Source: Fibrobacteria bacterium
GTDB lineage: Bacteria; Fibrobacterota; Fibrobacteria; UBA11236; JADFYW01
Direction of reading: 5' to 3'
Assembly: GCA_050294405.1 (NCBI GenBank)
Contig: JBNKOC010000029.1
Location: 1 to 64,000, forward strand
Length of the DNA: 64,000 nucleotides
This document shows, one piece after another, positions 1 through 9,587 of this stretch. Each line of letters begins with the position of its first letter. Positions within the stretch are counted from its first letter, which is position 1. Both the position numbers and the translations under genes were made by a program. The notes beneath the pieces are model-generated. The model ran no database searches, was not told the DNA's origin, and worked only from the letters and a program-made list of their open reading frames with translations.

Positions 1-683
1 TGTGGGGAAGACACAAATATCTTCCCATGCTTTTAGGTCTATAGAGAAACACCCCCACGTATGTGGGGAAGACTTAATATAATAATCATAAGTCCTTCGA
101 TATATAGAAACACCCCCACGTATGTGGGGAAGACTTCTATACATTGGTTTTATCTTCAACGTAAGTAGAAACACCCCCACGTATGTGGGGAAGACAACCC
201 CTAAAGAAGAAGAAGAAATAAAGGCTTGGAAACACCCCCACGTATGTGGGGAAGACTCACACCTTTAGCGGTTTTTTGGACTGTATCAGGAAACACCCCC
301 ACGTATGTGGGGAAGACAGGCACACTATACATAGGCATAGCACGAACACAGAAACACCCCCACGTATGTGGGGAAGAATCATTTAGCGCAGGATTTTGTT
401 GGCGATGTTGAGAAACACCCCCACGTATGTGGGGAAGACGCTATGCCTATGTATAGTGTGCCTGGTGGTAGAGAAACACCCCCACGTATGTGGGGAAGAC
501 GAATTAAAGAAAGAAAGTTGGCACACAAATACAGAAACACCCCCACGTATGTGGGGAAGACGCACCTATAGTCGTTTTAAGGCTGTGTGACCTAGAAACA
601 CCCCCACGTATGTGGGGAAGACTCTTTAGCATTGGCATGCAATGAACTTTCCGGAGAAACACCCCCACGTATGTGGGGAAGAC
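1..683 (-). CRISPR. Type I-E CRISPR array, truncated at window start: 1 partial + 11 full 28-bp repeats, 11 spacers of 33 bp
   Basis: GAAACACCCCCACGTATGTGGGGAAGAC (+ strand) recurs with an exact 61-bp period at 46,107,168,229,290,351,412,473,534,595,656; palindromic core CCCCAC..GTGGGG; adjacent to cas2, so leader is on the right and transcription is probably on the minus strand. Confidence 0.99.
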
Positions 684-732
684 ACCAAAGTCTTGTACCT
701 AGTGCTTTAGATCCTACAAGATATAGTATGTT
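684..732 (-). promoter_or_regulatory. Short CRISPR leader (49 bp between cas2 stop and first repeat; may extend into cas2)
   Basis: Position between cas2 and the array. Confidence 0.6.
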
Positions 733-1041
733 CTACATTTCAACACAACCACTTTTTTCCAAAATGAGTTGCAACCCGCTGTATTCGGAGATAGAGCGGA
801 GGGGTTCGCCCTTAGAATAAACCCTAAATCCAGGTGACCTATTGGTACGCTTGAATACAATTAAACCAGAATTTTCAGGACAATGTTTATGCAAATAAGA
901 AACAACGTCATCCGCTACTGAATCTTTAACGCCAGAAACAAAAACATTAGCCTTAGGTTCAATAAACCACAACTTCATTCTACCTCGCACTGCCGGGGGC
1001 AAATAGTTTGCAATAACTACTAACACATTATACTCCTTCAA
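733..1041 (-). CDS. cas2: Type I-E Cas2
   Basis: LVVIAN.LPPAVRGRMKLWFIEPKANVFVSG motif typical of Cas2e; downstream of cas1. Confidence 0.95.
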   Translation of the reverse strand: MKEYNVLVVIANYLPPAVRGRMKLWFIEPKANVFVSGVKDSVADDVVSYLHKHCPENSGLIVFKRTNRSPGFRVYSKGEPLRSISEYSGLQLILEKSGCVEM

Positions 1042-1966
1042 ACAAATCCTTGATGTCGGGCCCTATTTTGGCTAATAAATTTTTTTCTATAATGCGACGG
1101 CGAAATTCTTCAGCCACTTTATGTTTGTTGTATCTTCCACCCATTTTCAAAGTTAAAGAAAATGCCAAATCGATACAAAATTCTTCTTTATACAGGTCGG
1201 CCATATCGTAGACAAATGGTAGAGGACTTCCTGAATGGATGAATCCGACATGTGGTGAATACCCCATACTGTAAATCGCTGAACTTAAAATTCCGTACAA
1301 AGCCGCATTGGTTGATGTTAAAATTTGATTAGTCATATCACCCAATTCAAATTTTCCTGGGACGTAAGATCGACCCTTCCACCCAACTCCATATTCTTTT
1401 CCTTTTATTTCATATAACTCCCTGACACGATAGCCTTCCATACCCATCATTTCTTTTAAACTTTTTCCTTTTAGTTCGGCTTTTGGAAAACGGCGGGCAA
1501 ACATTTTTCTTGCGACCTCAACAGATTTTTCCTTATGAGAGGACAAACTAATTTGTTTTTTCATATTTCGTGTGTCCGCTGTGGGACTTTGCCCAACTGC
1601 ATAAAACAACAATGTATCCTCTCCCACCCAACATACCGAACAATTCGCGGCGGCACACACCTTGACCGCCTCATGGGTAATACTGGTTCCTGGTCCTAAA
1701 AGTAGCGCATTGATAGTAGCAACGGGTAACCGAACTATATTTCCTTCTGAATCAATCCATTTAATACTGCTGTCATCAATTTCGAGCCGCCCCCTCTCCA
1801 AATAAATAAAAGGATATTTGTCTTTTACTTGCGGCAAATTTTCACGGGTTACTTTTATAAATAGACGGTTTGAAGATTTACCGGTAGCACCAGCATTCGA
1901 CTGTTGTGCATCCGACTGTTCACCGGTTCTTGATTCTTTTTGCGGTTCGTTTTCAGTCATTGGCAA
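1028..1966 (-). CDS. cas1: Type I-E Cas1
   Basis: LLLGPGTSITHEA, GMEGYRVR, GFIHSG.PL.FVYDMADLYK motifs. Confidence 0.97.
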   Translation of the reverse strand: MPMTENEPQKESRTGEQSDAQQSNAGATGKSSNRLFIKVTRENLPQVKDKYPFIYLERGRLEIDDSSIKWIDSEGNIVRLPVATINALLLGPGTSITHEAVKVCAAANCSVCWVGEDTLLFYAVGQSPTADTRNMKKQISLSSHKEKSVEVARKMFARRFPKAELKGKSLKEMMGMEGYRVRELYEIKGKEYGVGWKGRSYVPGKFELGDMTNQILTSTNAALYGILSSAIYSMGYSPHVGFIHSGSPLPFVYDMADLYKEEFCIDLAFSLTLKMGGRYNKHKVAEEFRRRIIEKNLLAKIGPDIKDLFEGV

Positions 1967-2687
1967 GTATAAGGGTTACCATTCGATCCCGGTATTTTTT
2001 TTTCTCACCGAATTGAACAGGTACATCATTGATAGAGAAAGTTTCACCTTCCAGTTCTCCGTCTAAAACTCGGAAATCCTCCAAAAGTTTTTTTTCAGAA
2101 GCCAATGAACGGGCTTGATCCATGGCATCGTTCTCCTGATCAAATACACCTCTGAAAATAAAATCCGTGGGAACACAATTCTTTCTGCCCAAATATAGGT
2201 CATAGACCGGGTTTTGCAGGGCGATGGAAAAAATCTCGCCTTTCTCAGATGGGACTTCCAAAACAACGGCAAATTGTGAATCTTGCAGATAATATCTATA
2301 GGTCATTTTAGAACCACCTCCAACAGCTGGCTTGCCTTCAATGGTTTTTGGAATTAACAATTTTGCCCAGAGATCAGTATCATCATAACCACTACCCACC
2401 ATGTGAAAATCCCTGAGCAAAGGTTCCTTTTCGGCCTTCACGGGTTCTGTAATTTCTGATTTCGCACTTTTTCTTGTGCGAACATAGGAAATAACGGACT
2501 GCCTTAACCCAGCCATAGATTCCAGTAGTTCCTTCTGTTCACCTCTCGCCCCCAAAGCACAGCATAGCAGGCCTAAAACCCCCGATTTGGTAGGAAATTT
2601 TAAAGTATCCCGCCTACCGAATTTGGAGTCAGCTCCCCAGGATTGCAGAGGTGCCTCCAGCCAGAGCAATAGGTATTTGGAACTCAT
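1953..2687 (-). CDS. cas5: Cas5e (CasD)
   Basis: N-terminal LLLWLEAPLQSWG..RDT..PTKSGVLGLLCCALG; RYYLQD; LYLGRKNC. Confidence 0.96.
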   Translation of the reverse strand: MSSKYLLLWLEAPLQSWGADSKFGRRDTLKFPTKSGVLGLLCCALGARGEQKELLESMAGLRQSVISYVRTRKSAKSEITEPVKAEKEPLLRDFHMVGSGYDDTDLWAKLLIPKTIEGKPAVGGGSKMTYRYYLQDSQFAVVLEVPSEKGEIFSIALQNPVYDLYLGRKNCVPTDFIFRGVFDQENDAMDQARSLASEKKLLEDFRVLDGELEGETFSINDVPVQFGEKKKYRDRMVTLILAND

Positions 2688-3763
2688 GCCTTGACCGCTG
2701 CGACTGTTGAACTTACCGATTCAATCAAATTATCGATATTAAACGATTCATCTTCACCAAAAACATCGGATTTTAATTTGCCAAAAAGAGAACCGGATAG
2801 TTTCTCTTTCTTATCGAGATACTCATTTAAGGTAGATTTACTTGGTTCCAAAAATCCTCCATCCTTTGCCTTTACCGCAGTTTCAAACGGAACTTGCAGT
2901 CGCTGACCTTTGCGAACATAAACGCGTGCATATTCCCAAGGTGATGCTCCAGACTGAGAAGCTTGCCTGGCGGATGGGACTGCAAGGTACAGCGCTTTGA
3001 TGAATCCTTCAATAGAATTTTTTAAAAAGTCATCACCACCGAGAGTCTGAACCAACTGACCTATATCCAGGCTGATATATCGATAATAAGTTGCAGAATT
3101 GAATTCCAAACTACCCATGTGAGCAGACCCCTGTTCTGAATCTGGGTCTGGTGCGTCATCCAGAGCAGTAAAGAATTCCACTTCATTCGTAACCTTATGA
3201 GTTGAAATCGCATGAGAAAACGAGGCTGCAGCTTCCACATTTAATTTTGGAGCCTGAGCCACCATGCGGCCAAAAAGAGCGATGTCAAGACCGTCCACAG
3301 CAGGATTAAACGATCTTTTTACAACGGCGATGATTTCTTTTTCTTTCAATTCTTTACTGTCGAAACCTTTTTCCTTACAGAATTCAGCAATTGCTGTGGC
3401 TTCACTTGGCGACAAGAAAAATAAAGTTTCGCTTTTACCTTCTTTATCAATTTTTGATAAAAAATTTGCTGAAGTGCTCCCGCATTCAGTTGCTTTATCA
3501 TCACCTGCTCCGAGTTCTTTACAGGCATTTGTAATAATGGTCGAAATGTGCTTTGTGCGGTAGCCAGTTTTTACTTTATTGTCGTGCATTGCCATTCGGA
3601 CATTGCGCTTCCAACATTGGGAACTTACCCGAGCGCGTGTGGTTCCGCCGACCATGGCGGTTTTTGGTGCCCCCACGTCATCACGGTTCAAACACGTAAC
3701 GGGAAAAGATTGTAAAATGTGAAACTCCACCCGTACATTTTTATAAGGGTTATTCTGAATCAT
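2684..3763 (-). CDS. cas7: Cas7e (CasC/Cse4)
   Basis: HILQSFPVTCLNRDDVGAPKTA..GG..RARVSSQCWKR; DIALFGRMVA; FFTALDD. Confidence 0.97.
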   Translation of the reverse strand: MIQNNPYKNVRVEFHILQSFPVTCLNRDDVGAPKTAMVGGTTRARVSSQCWKRNVRMAMHDNKVKTGYRTKHISTIITNACKELGAGDDKATECGSTSANFLSKIDKEGKSETLFFLSPSEATAIAEFCKEKGFDSKELKEKEIIAVVKRSFNPAVDGLDIALFGRMVAQAPKLNVEAAASFSHAISTHKVTNEVEFFTALDDAPDPDSEQGSAHMGSLEFNSATYYRYISLDIGQLVQTLGGDDFLKNSIEGFIKALYLAVPSARQASQSGASPWEYARVYVRKGQRLQVPFETAVKAKDGGFLEPSKSTLNEYLDKKEKLSGSLFGKLKSDVFGEDESFNIDNLIESVSSTVAAVKA

Positions 3764-4440
3764 CTGGATTCTCCTTGTTTTGAAGTCAATGTATTATTTA
3801 ATGTTTCCTGATTTTTAAGTGGAACAATTTGAAACAGGCCAAAACCAAAACCTTTAGCTCTTCCAATGCCTTCCGCAAAAGATTTTGTAAAATTCTCACG
3901 GTGCGTTACTTTTAATTTTCCGATGAAGGTCGCCTTGCCATGTGTATACTTGTGGCCGTCTTTGGGAAATTCCTGCACTCCAATATCTGTAACTTCCAAA
4001 ATGGGAGTGTTTGTTTTTTGATCGACAACCACTTCAAACCCCAATCCCGGGGTTTTGTCGATAAACCACAGTATCAATGCTTCCCTATCCGTTTGTCCAC
4101 TAGACTTATCTCCCCTGACAGCTACGGTTTTGCCTGATTTTTTATCGCGTTTGGTCGGGTTGAGCCTTATCTCAAAGCCATAATAGTCGTGGGATAAAAA
4201 AGAATCGGGGACATTTTTTGAATTTACAGTACCAAAATCCGGTGTTATTGGTTTTCTTTTCGAAAGAATTAATATTTGCCTGAAACGCTCATCACCGCCT
4301 TTGTCGACATAAAGAAAATCCCGGTTTTCACCTTCAATTTTCGGGAACAGAGAATAGACGGCTCTATGAATACCGTAGGCGTCCTTAATTTTTAAACCTT
4401 TGATGTCGGAACGGTTGAGTCGAAGTACTGATGCAATCAT
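3760..4440 (-). CDS. cas6e: Cas6e (CasE/Cse3) crRNA endonuclease
   Basis: HRAVYSLFP, RLNPTK, C-terminal Gly-rich loop GIGRAKGFGFGL. Confidence 0.95.
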   Translation of the reverse strand: MIASVLRLNRSDIKGLKIKDAYGIHRAVYSLFPKIEGENRDFLYVDKGGDERFRQILILSKRKPITPDFGTVNSKNVPDSFLSHDYYGFEIRLNPTKRDKKSGKTVAVRGDKSSGQTDREALILWFIDKTPGLGFEVVVDQKTNTPILEVTDIGVQEFPKDGHKYTHGKATFIGKLKVTHRENFTKSFAEGIGRAKGFGFGLFQIVPLKNQETLNNTLTSKQGESR

Positions 4441-4943
4441 TCTTCCTCCCGCTTACCGTAAAAATCCTGCGCCCACTTTGCCTTAGTGTGTTCATTAACA
4501 TTGAACCAAAGCAAATCCTGCAATAATTGTCCATAATTCAAATGTACACCATGAGAATTAATAAGGCTGAGAAGTGGACGGAGAATGTGGCATACCTCTT
4601 CTACATTAGAACATGCCAGCACCCTGCGAAGTTTGGCTTTGGCCTGATCACTGGCATTCCCATCTTCGTAGCACTGAGCAATTGCTTTTCCAATTCCTAA
4701 AAAACCATCAACCTCAATTTTGGCCTTTGCCACTGCCGCCCCAATTACGGCAAAAGGCCGCCGCTCCCATTCCTTTTCGATGTTTACTCCAAACGCAGCT
4801 AGAAATTCCCAGCTTTGGTATTCAGTTGCAGGATTATCCGCTCGCTTCAATCCCGCCCTGAAACCATTATCGTTTTTCATCCGATTCAGGATAAACTCGA
4901 CAAATGCTTCGCCTCTATTCTTTTTTTTCTCTTCGGTTGTCAT
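4437..4943 (-). CDS. cse2: Cas11/Cse2 (CasB) small subunit
   Basis: RAGLKRAD, LNYGQLLQDLLWF, KWAQDFY; position between cas8e and cas6e. Confidence 0.92.
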   Translation of the reverse strand: MTTEEKKKNRGEAFVEFILNRMKNDNGFRAGLKRADNPATEYQSWEFLAAFGVNIEKEWERRPFAVIGAAVAKAKIEVDGFLGIGKAIAQCYEDGNASDQAKAKLRRVLACSNVEEVCHILRPLLSLINSHGVHLNYGQLLQDLLWFNVNEHTKAKWAQDFYGKREEE

Positions 4944-4960
4944 ATGACTCCTCTACTAAG

Positions 4961-6532
4961 TTACTCTCCCTCGGGATCAGTTTTATGCTTCTGCTTTTTC
5001 TTTGGCTTTTTTTTGGTCATTCTTTTTACATCCGCATTGGGCTTAGAGTTCTCTCCTTGAACATACCACCGCAAATTGGGGCGATTCTTAGCCCAGGCGT
5101 CCAATTGCCTGGCTGTATCCCGTGGACAATAAGTGTTATACACTTTATCCACGATTTTGGAAAAAACTTTTCTGAGCGATTTATGGTTTTGCTCTCCACA
5201 TGCGTTTACAAGGTCTTGAAAGTGATGTTCGCATAATTGCCAGAAAAGGCTGCTTGCTTGGGCAGCTTGGCTCTTACCTTCGACTGACTGCGTTTTAAAA
5301 AAGTTTAGAATCGCACCGTAAACAATTTTAGAAATGGAATCTAAAACTTCCATTTCCTGTTTTAAAATATTGAACCACGTTTCACCAATAAAGTTGGACT
5401 CAATAAAAATTTCAGATTCTACGAAATCATCTGATCCTGAAACAAACTGTTCACCAGCATTACTACTAACACGCAAACCACCAGACCATATTCCAATCTT
5501 CGATAAAACCTTTCGAATCCGGGGCAGCCCCATTTTTAATTGGTAACAATCAAACCCTTTAGCCCCCGAGACCAAAAAGGATAATAGTGAAGGTAAGTTG
5601 CGCCAGGGTCGTTTTTCAGGATCGGACCAAATGATTCTTGGTTTTTTTTGTTTGAAATCTACAGCAACACTTGGGTCCACGACGCCTTCTAAATAGCCTG
5701 GATGTAAAATTCCCTCTGAATAATGCACTCCCTCTTCCGCAAGGACTATATATCTTGACAACGGAATAAGTCTGCCAATCAAATTTCTTTGTAATTCAGT
5801 AACCTCAGAGCAAGCCTCCTCTTCGGGCATTTTTTCCCAAGGGGGTGTGCCAATTCCAGATGGATATATTCCAATTTCCCTTATTTTTTCCTGCGTAAAT
5901 AAATTTACCCAACAGGTTTGTAACAAAGAGTTGCCAATCAAAAAATTATGTAAAAAACCCATGAAACCGATAGATGGACCTGGTTTTCCTGTAGAGGGTT
6001 TCCCTTTTTCATTTTGCTTTCCCTTATAACCCACTGTCAATGAAACACTGTTATCAGTCTTCTTTCCCCCTAGCCCGAACCCCATTAATTGAACAACAAG
6101 CAAAGCCTTTTCTGCGTCTGACAATTCCTTTTCAACCTGCGATTCAAGTAGAACAGTTGTATTCCCCGTAGATATATCAGGTAAAACAGCCCCATAATTT
6201 TGAATGGCCGCTTTTTTAATAGCAGGCATCTGCAAAAACGGCCTTTCCCCATATAGCCAAAAACAGTCTTTCTTCTCCTGTAAATAACCGTAGGCCTTTT
6301 GCGCCATTCCTTCCGCACCCATTTGCGCCCATTCTTCATCATCTTTAGGCATCGCCGCAGCTTGGCAAATCGCCAGTAACAATTTTGTAAGCGCGATTTT
6401 TTGAACAGGGTTTCCTCCCAAGGCCTTTAAACTGGAATCCGAAAAAACGCGGTTAAGACTCACCAAGCCTTCTCCGACAACAGGAATCCACGGTTCATCC
6501 ACCAGATTAAATCTATTCTCAACTTTTTCCAT
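4961..6532 (-). CDS. cse1: Cas8e/Cse1 (CasA) large subunit; start more likely MEKVENRF at 6532 than at 6604
   Basis: FNLVDEPWIPV N-terminal motif; F.LYGERPFLQ; follows cas3 stop directly. Confidence 0.93.
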   Translation of the reverse strand: MEKVENRFNLVDEPWIPVVGEGLVSLNRVFSDSSLKALGGNPVQKIALTKLLLAICQAAAMPKDDEEWAQMGAEGMAQKAYGYLQEKKDCFWLYGERPFLQMPAIKKAAIQNYGAVLPDISTGNTTVLLESQVEKELSDAEKALLVVQLMGFGLGGKKTDNSVSLTVGYKGKQNEKGKPSTGKPGPSIGFMGFLHNFLIGNSLLQTCWVNLFTQEKIREIGIYPSGIGTPPWEKMPEEEACSEVTELQRNLIGRLIPLSRYIVLAEEGVHYSEGILHPGYLEGVVDPSVAVDFKQKKPRIIWSDPEKRPWRNLPSLLSFLVSGAKGFDCYQLKMGLPRIRKVLSKIGIWSGGLRVSSNAGEQFVSGSDDFVESEIFIESNFIGETWFNILKQEMEVLDSISKIVYGAILNFFKTQSVEGKSQAAQASSLFWQLCEHHFQDLVNACGEQNHKSLRKVFSKIVDKVYNTYCPRDTARQLDAWAKNRPNLRWYVQGENSKPNADVKRMTKKKPKKKQKHKTDPEGE

Positions 6533-6533
6533 A

Positions 6534-9161
6534 TTACCAACCATCATCATCCTCTGAATACTTTGTGTTTGATTTCTTTGCCTGATAACCCGCTTCTGAG
6601 TCATAGCTCAGGCTGTAATTTCCACCAACCTCTTCACCGCTTAGTCCTTTTAAGGTTCCGTCGGCGTTCACCATGGCAATCCGAAAACAACTGTCGTCTT
6701 CTTCATTACCAAGGTAAACATAATCTTTTAACCATTGAATATGCTTTTTGGGAACTGCGTGTGGCGCCATATAAATGGGTACCGAAACCGTGTTTTTAAC
6801 CAATGTTAGCGAACATTCTCTCCATTTCTTTTTGCTATTTATTTTTAGATTCTCATCCAATGACATTTGTTCTTCATTCAAAAAATGAATGATGTGGCTG
6901 GAATCGTTTTTGAAAAACTTCCGGATAAGTAAAACATCTACGGAAGTTTGATCCGAATAACGCGTGGAGGGATTAATATCGGATTGAGTTGTCCCCCCCT
7001 TAGAAAGGCTTACTAAAGCCAATCGTTCCAGCCTTTCTCTTGCTTTGTCTAGTTCATGCTTATATGGGGCGTATGTTTCCGATTCTTGCCGCTCTGCGTA
7101 GGTTTGCTCCAGTAAGGGCCGGATTTGGCCCGGTATTTTAACAGACTTCAAGTTTTGCCATACTTCAAGAGTCCGGCATAATACATACAACGAATAGACC
7201 CCCTTTTGTTTCCTATAATTCGCGGTCGCTCCCAGGCTTTTTTTAGGATGTTTTAAAACCGATTCCAGTGAAGGTGATAAAATCCAGGCTTCACGTCGAG
7301 CAGATTCAGGGCGAAGCAAATTAATGCTTTCATGACGCCACAATCTTCCAATCCTCTGAAACAGCATATCGGTTGGACAAATTTTTGTGATCAGAAAATC
7401 CGCGTCGATATCCAACGATTGCTCCAGAACCTGGGTGCCTACCAAAATACGTCCCTTTTGCCTCTGGCTTTTTCCTTGAAGGCCAAACAAATCAACCCAT
7501 TGTTTTTCAATCAGGTTGCGGTCCGATTTCAAAAAACGTGAATGAAGTAGTCCGCATTCTAAGTTCATTTCCCTCATTCTTGCAGCAAGGTTTTGGAATC
7601 GATCCTGGGCTTCTTTAACAGTATTTTCAATCCACAACACTTGCTGCCCTTTTTCCGCCCTGCGCAGGGCTTCCTCTACGGCCTTGGTGTCTTCTGCACA
7701 AAAATGTATTGAAAATTCTTTGTTTTTAAAATCTCCAACTTCGGCCTGATATGGCGTCCCGTAATTGGGATTTGCTGAAATCAGGGGGTATCTGTCACTT
7801 TGAAGCTCTTCATTTTTTGCATCCAGAAATTCCCGGGAACGGCTCTTTGTCAGAGTCGCGCTAAGAATAATAACGGTGCAGTTTAACTTATGTAAAGTTT
7901 GAACCAGTTTATTCATGATAGTCCCGGTATAAACATCATAAGTGTGGACTTCATCCAAAATGACGACCTTGCCTGCCAAACCAAAAGCTCTTACAAAACC
8001 GTGTTTGACATTCATAACGGACATAAGGGCTTGATCAATGGTCCCGACCGCAAAAGGCGCGAGGATTCCCCGTTTTGTAGTACTGAACCAGGAACGTCCA
8101 GGTCGCCCTTCTTCACCTATTTCTGTTTCGCGTAACCAGGCTGAGCCATGGAGTAACAGTGAATTCTTATGAACATCTTCTTCCTGTAAAATTTTAGTAA
8201 GAAAAATATTTACCCTGTCATGTATCTTGTCGGAGGTTAGTTGAGTGGGCAAAGCAAAATAAATTCCCGTAGCTTTATCATCTGCTAGCATTTTGTAGGC
8301 GGCATATAAAGCAGCCTCTGTCTTACCTATGCCCATGGGCGCTTCCATTATGTAAACCCCTGGGCCCGTTATACATCCAATTAATTTCGTTTGTATTTCC
8401 CTTGGAGTGAAATTTTGGAAAACATCCTCAAAGGACATTCCTTGGCGTATTTTAGGGCGGACAAATCCGGCAGCATCCAATGATTCTGCAATGCGATGAA
8501 TCCAGGAAGTCTTTGCTTGAGGGTCTTCAAAAAAAGAAGATGAACCTATCCAGTCCGAAACAGTGGTCAAGCCTGCCAAGAGCAAAGCCTGTTCCTCGTT
8601 TTTTACTTTCGGCCAATTGCAGTTTAATGATTTTTTTAATACATCAATAAGTTTTAAACGTTCCTTTTGCCATAACTCTCCCCCAAAGACCTCATCATTT
8701 GCGAGTTTTGAATGGTTTGGAGTTTTCCCATGATGTGAACCCAGGATTTCTGGGATATACTTGCCAACTCCTTCTGCCGCAGCCTGGCTTACTCCTGCAT
8801 GGTATCCCCAACTTTTTTCCAACTCTGGATCAACGTTTTCCAGACCGGGCAACGAGTTCCAAACATAATTTTCTGTGCCCCTTAAAATTTTTTCCTGAAA
8901 AGTTGGCGACACTTTCCCAAGATCATGGGCGGCTGCAATTAATTCCGAGCCTTCGGGAAAAAACTCCCCTTTCAACCACTTAGGCATTCTATAAATCAGT
9001 TCCCGGGCTACGTGACCTACGATTTGGCAGTGGGATGACACAGTGTAGCCTGGCAAATTACCATTTTTGGTTTGAAAGGTTTTAGCTAGGCATTTTCCTA
9101 CCGAAATTGCAGTTTGGGATGTCGGAACTATTTTTTTAGGAGTCCACACTAATAAATCCAA
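6534..9161 (-). CDS. cas3: Cas3 HD nuclease-SF2 helicase
   Basis: HDLGKVSP.FQ, HHG, EAPMGIGKTEAA, DEVH, LSATL, QVLEQSLDIDAD, QRIGRLWRH. Confidence 0.97.
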   Translation of the reverse strand: MDLLVWTPKKIVPTSQTAISVGKCLAKTFQTKNGNLPGYTVSSHCQIVGHVARELIYRMPKWLKGEFFPEGSELIAAAHDLGKVSPTFQEKILRGTENYVWNSLPGLENVDPELEKSWGYHAGVSQAAAEGVGKYIPEILGSHHGKTPNHSKLANDEVFGGELWQKERLKLIDVLKKSLNCNWPKVKNEEQALLLAGLTTVSDWIGSSSFFEDPQAKTSWIHRIAESLDAAGFVRPKIRQGMSFEDVFQNFTPREIQTKLIGCITGPGVYIMEAPMGIGKTEAALYAAYKMLADDKATGIYFALPTQLTSDKIHDRVNIFLTKILQEEDVHKNSLLLHGSAWLRETEIGEEGRPGRSWFSTTKRGILAPFAVGTIDQALMSVMNVKHGFVRAFGLAGKVVILDEVHTYDVYTGTIMNKLVQTLHKLNCTVIILSATLTKSRSREFLDAKNEELQSDRYPLISANPNYGTPYQAEVGDFKNKEFSIHFCAEDTKAVEEALRRAEKGQQVLWIENTVKEAQDRFQNLAARMREMNLECGLLHSRFLKSDRNLIEKQWVDLFGLQGKSQRQKGRILVGTQVLEQSLDIDADFLITKICPTDMLFQRIGRLWRHESINLLRPESARREAWILSPSLESVLKHPKKSLGATANYRKQKGVYSLYVLCRTLEVWQNLKSVKIPGQIRPLLEQTYAERQESETYAPYKHELDKARERLERLALVSLSKGGTTQSDINPSTRYSDQTSVDVLLIRKFFKNDSSHIIHFLNEEQMSLDENLKINSKKKWRECSLTLVKNTVSVPIYMAPHAVPKKHIQWLKDYVYLGNEEDDSCFRIAMVNADGTLKGLSGEEVGGNYSLSYDSEAGYQAKKSNTKYSEDDDGW

Positions 9162-9240
9162 TCCAATTTTTTATCAACCAATCGAGTTTCTAATTAATTT
9201 TAGGTACATAATTTTGTAAAACTATAATAGTAGTTTTATA

Positions 9241-9255
9241 GGACAAATTTTGTCC
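9241..9255. promoter_or_regulatory. Palindromic operator candidate GGACAAATTTTGTCC upstream of cas3
   Basis: GGACA-N5-TGTCC; second copy at 9588-9602. Confidence 0.55.
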
Positions 9256-9271
9256 CTGCAAATTAAGGCTT

Positions 9272-9562
9272 TTAATTTCCCCTAATAAAATCCATAAATG
9301 CCCTTAATTTGCTTTTTTTCAAATAGATGATTTGATAGCACTCATTAAAATTGAAAAACCTTTTTCCCAACTCACTGGGAAAATTTTCCAATAAATCTGC
9401 TGTGGATTTTAATTTCCTTGGTGCCAAAAGTTTTAATTCGACCAATTTTTGCTCTGATAGGGATAACTTTTCCAACAAGTCATCCAACAACAAATAACCC
9501 TTGTTGTGGAGTTCATTCTCCTTAGCTGATTGCTCACGGAAATATTCTATATGTAGGCTCAT
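9272..9562 (-). CDS. Small hypothetical protein (96 aa) upstream of cas3
   Basis: ORF with AGAG-type RBS, same strand as cas genes; no recognised motif. Confidence 0.55.
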   Translation of the reverse strand: MSLHIEYFREQSAKENELHNKGYLLLDDLLEKLSLSEQKLVELKLLAPRKLKSTADLLENFPSELGKRFFNFNECYQIIYLKKSKLRAFMDFIRGN

Positions 9563-9587
9563 TATCTCTTAATTTAAATTTTATTTC

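Noticed and set aside
226..820. Short ORFs across the CRISPR array
   Set aside because: Translations of repeats (ETPPRMWGR, KHPHVCGED); not genes
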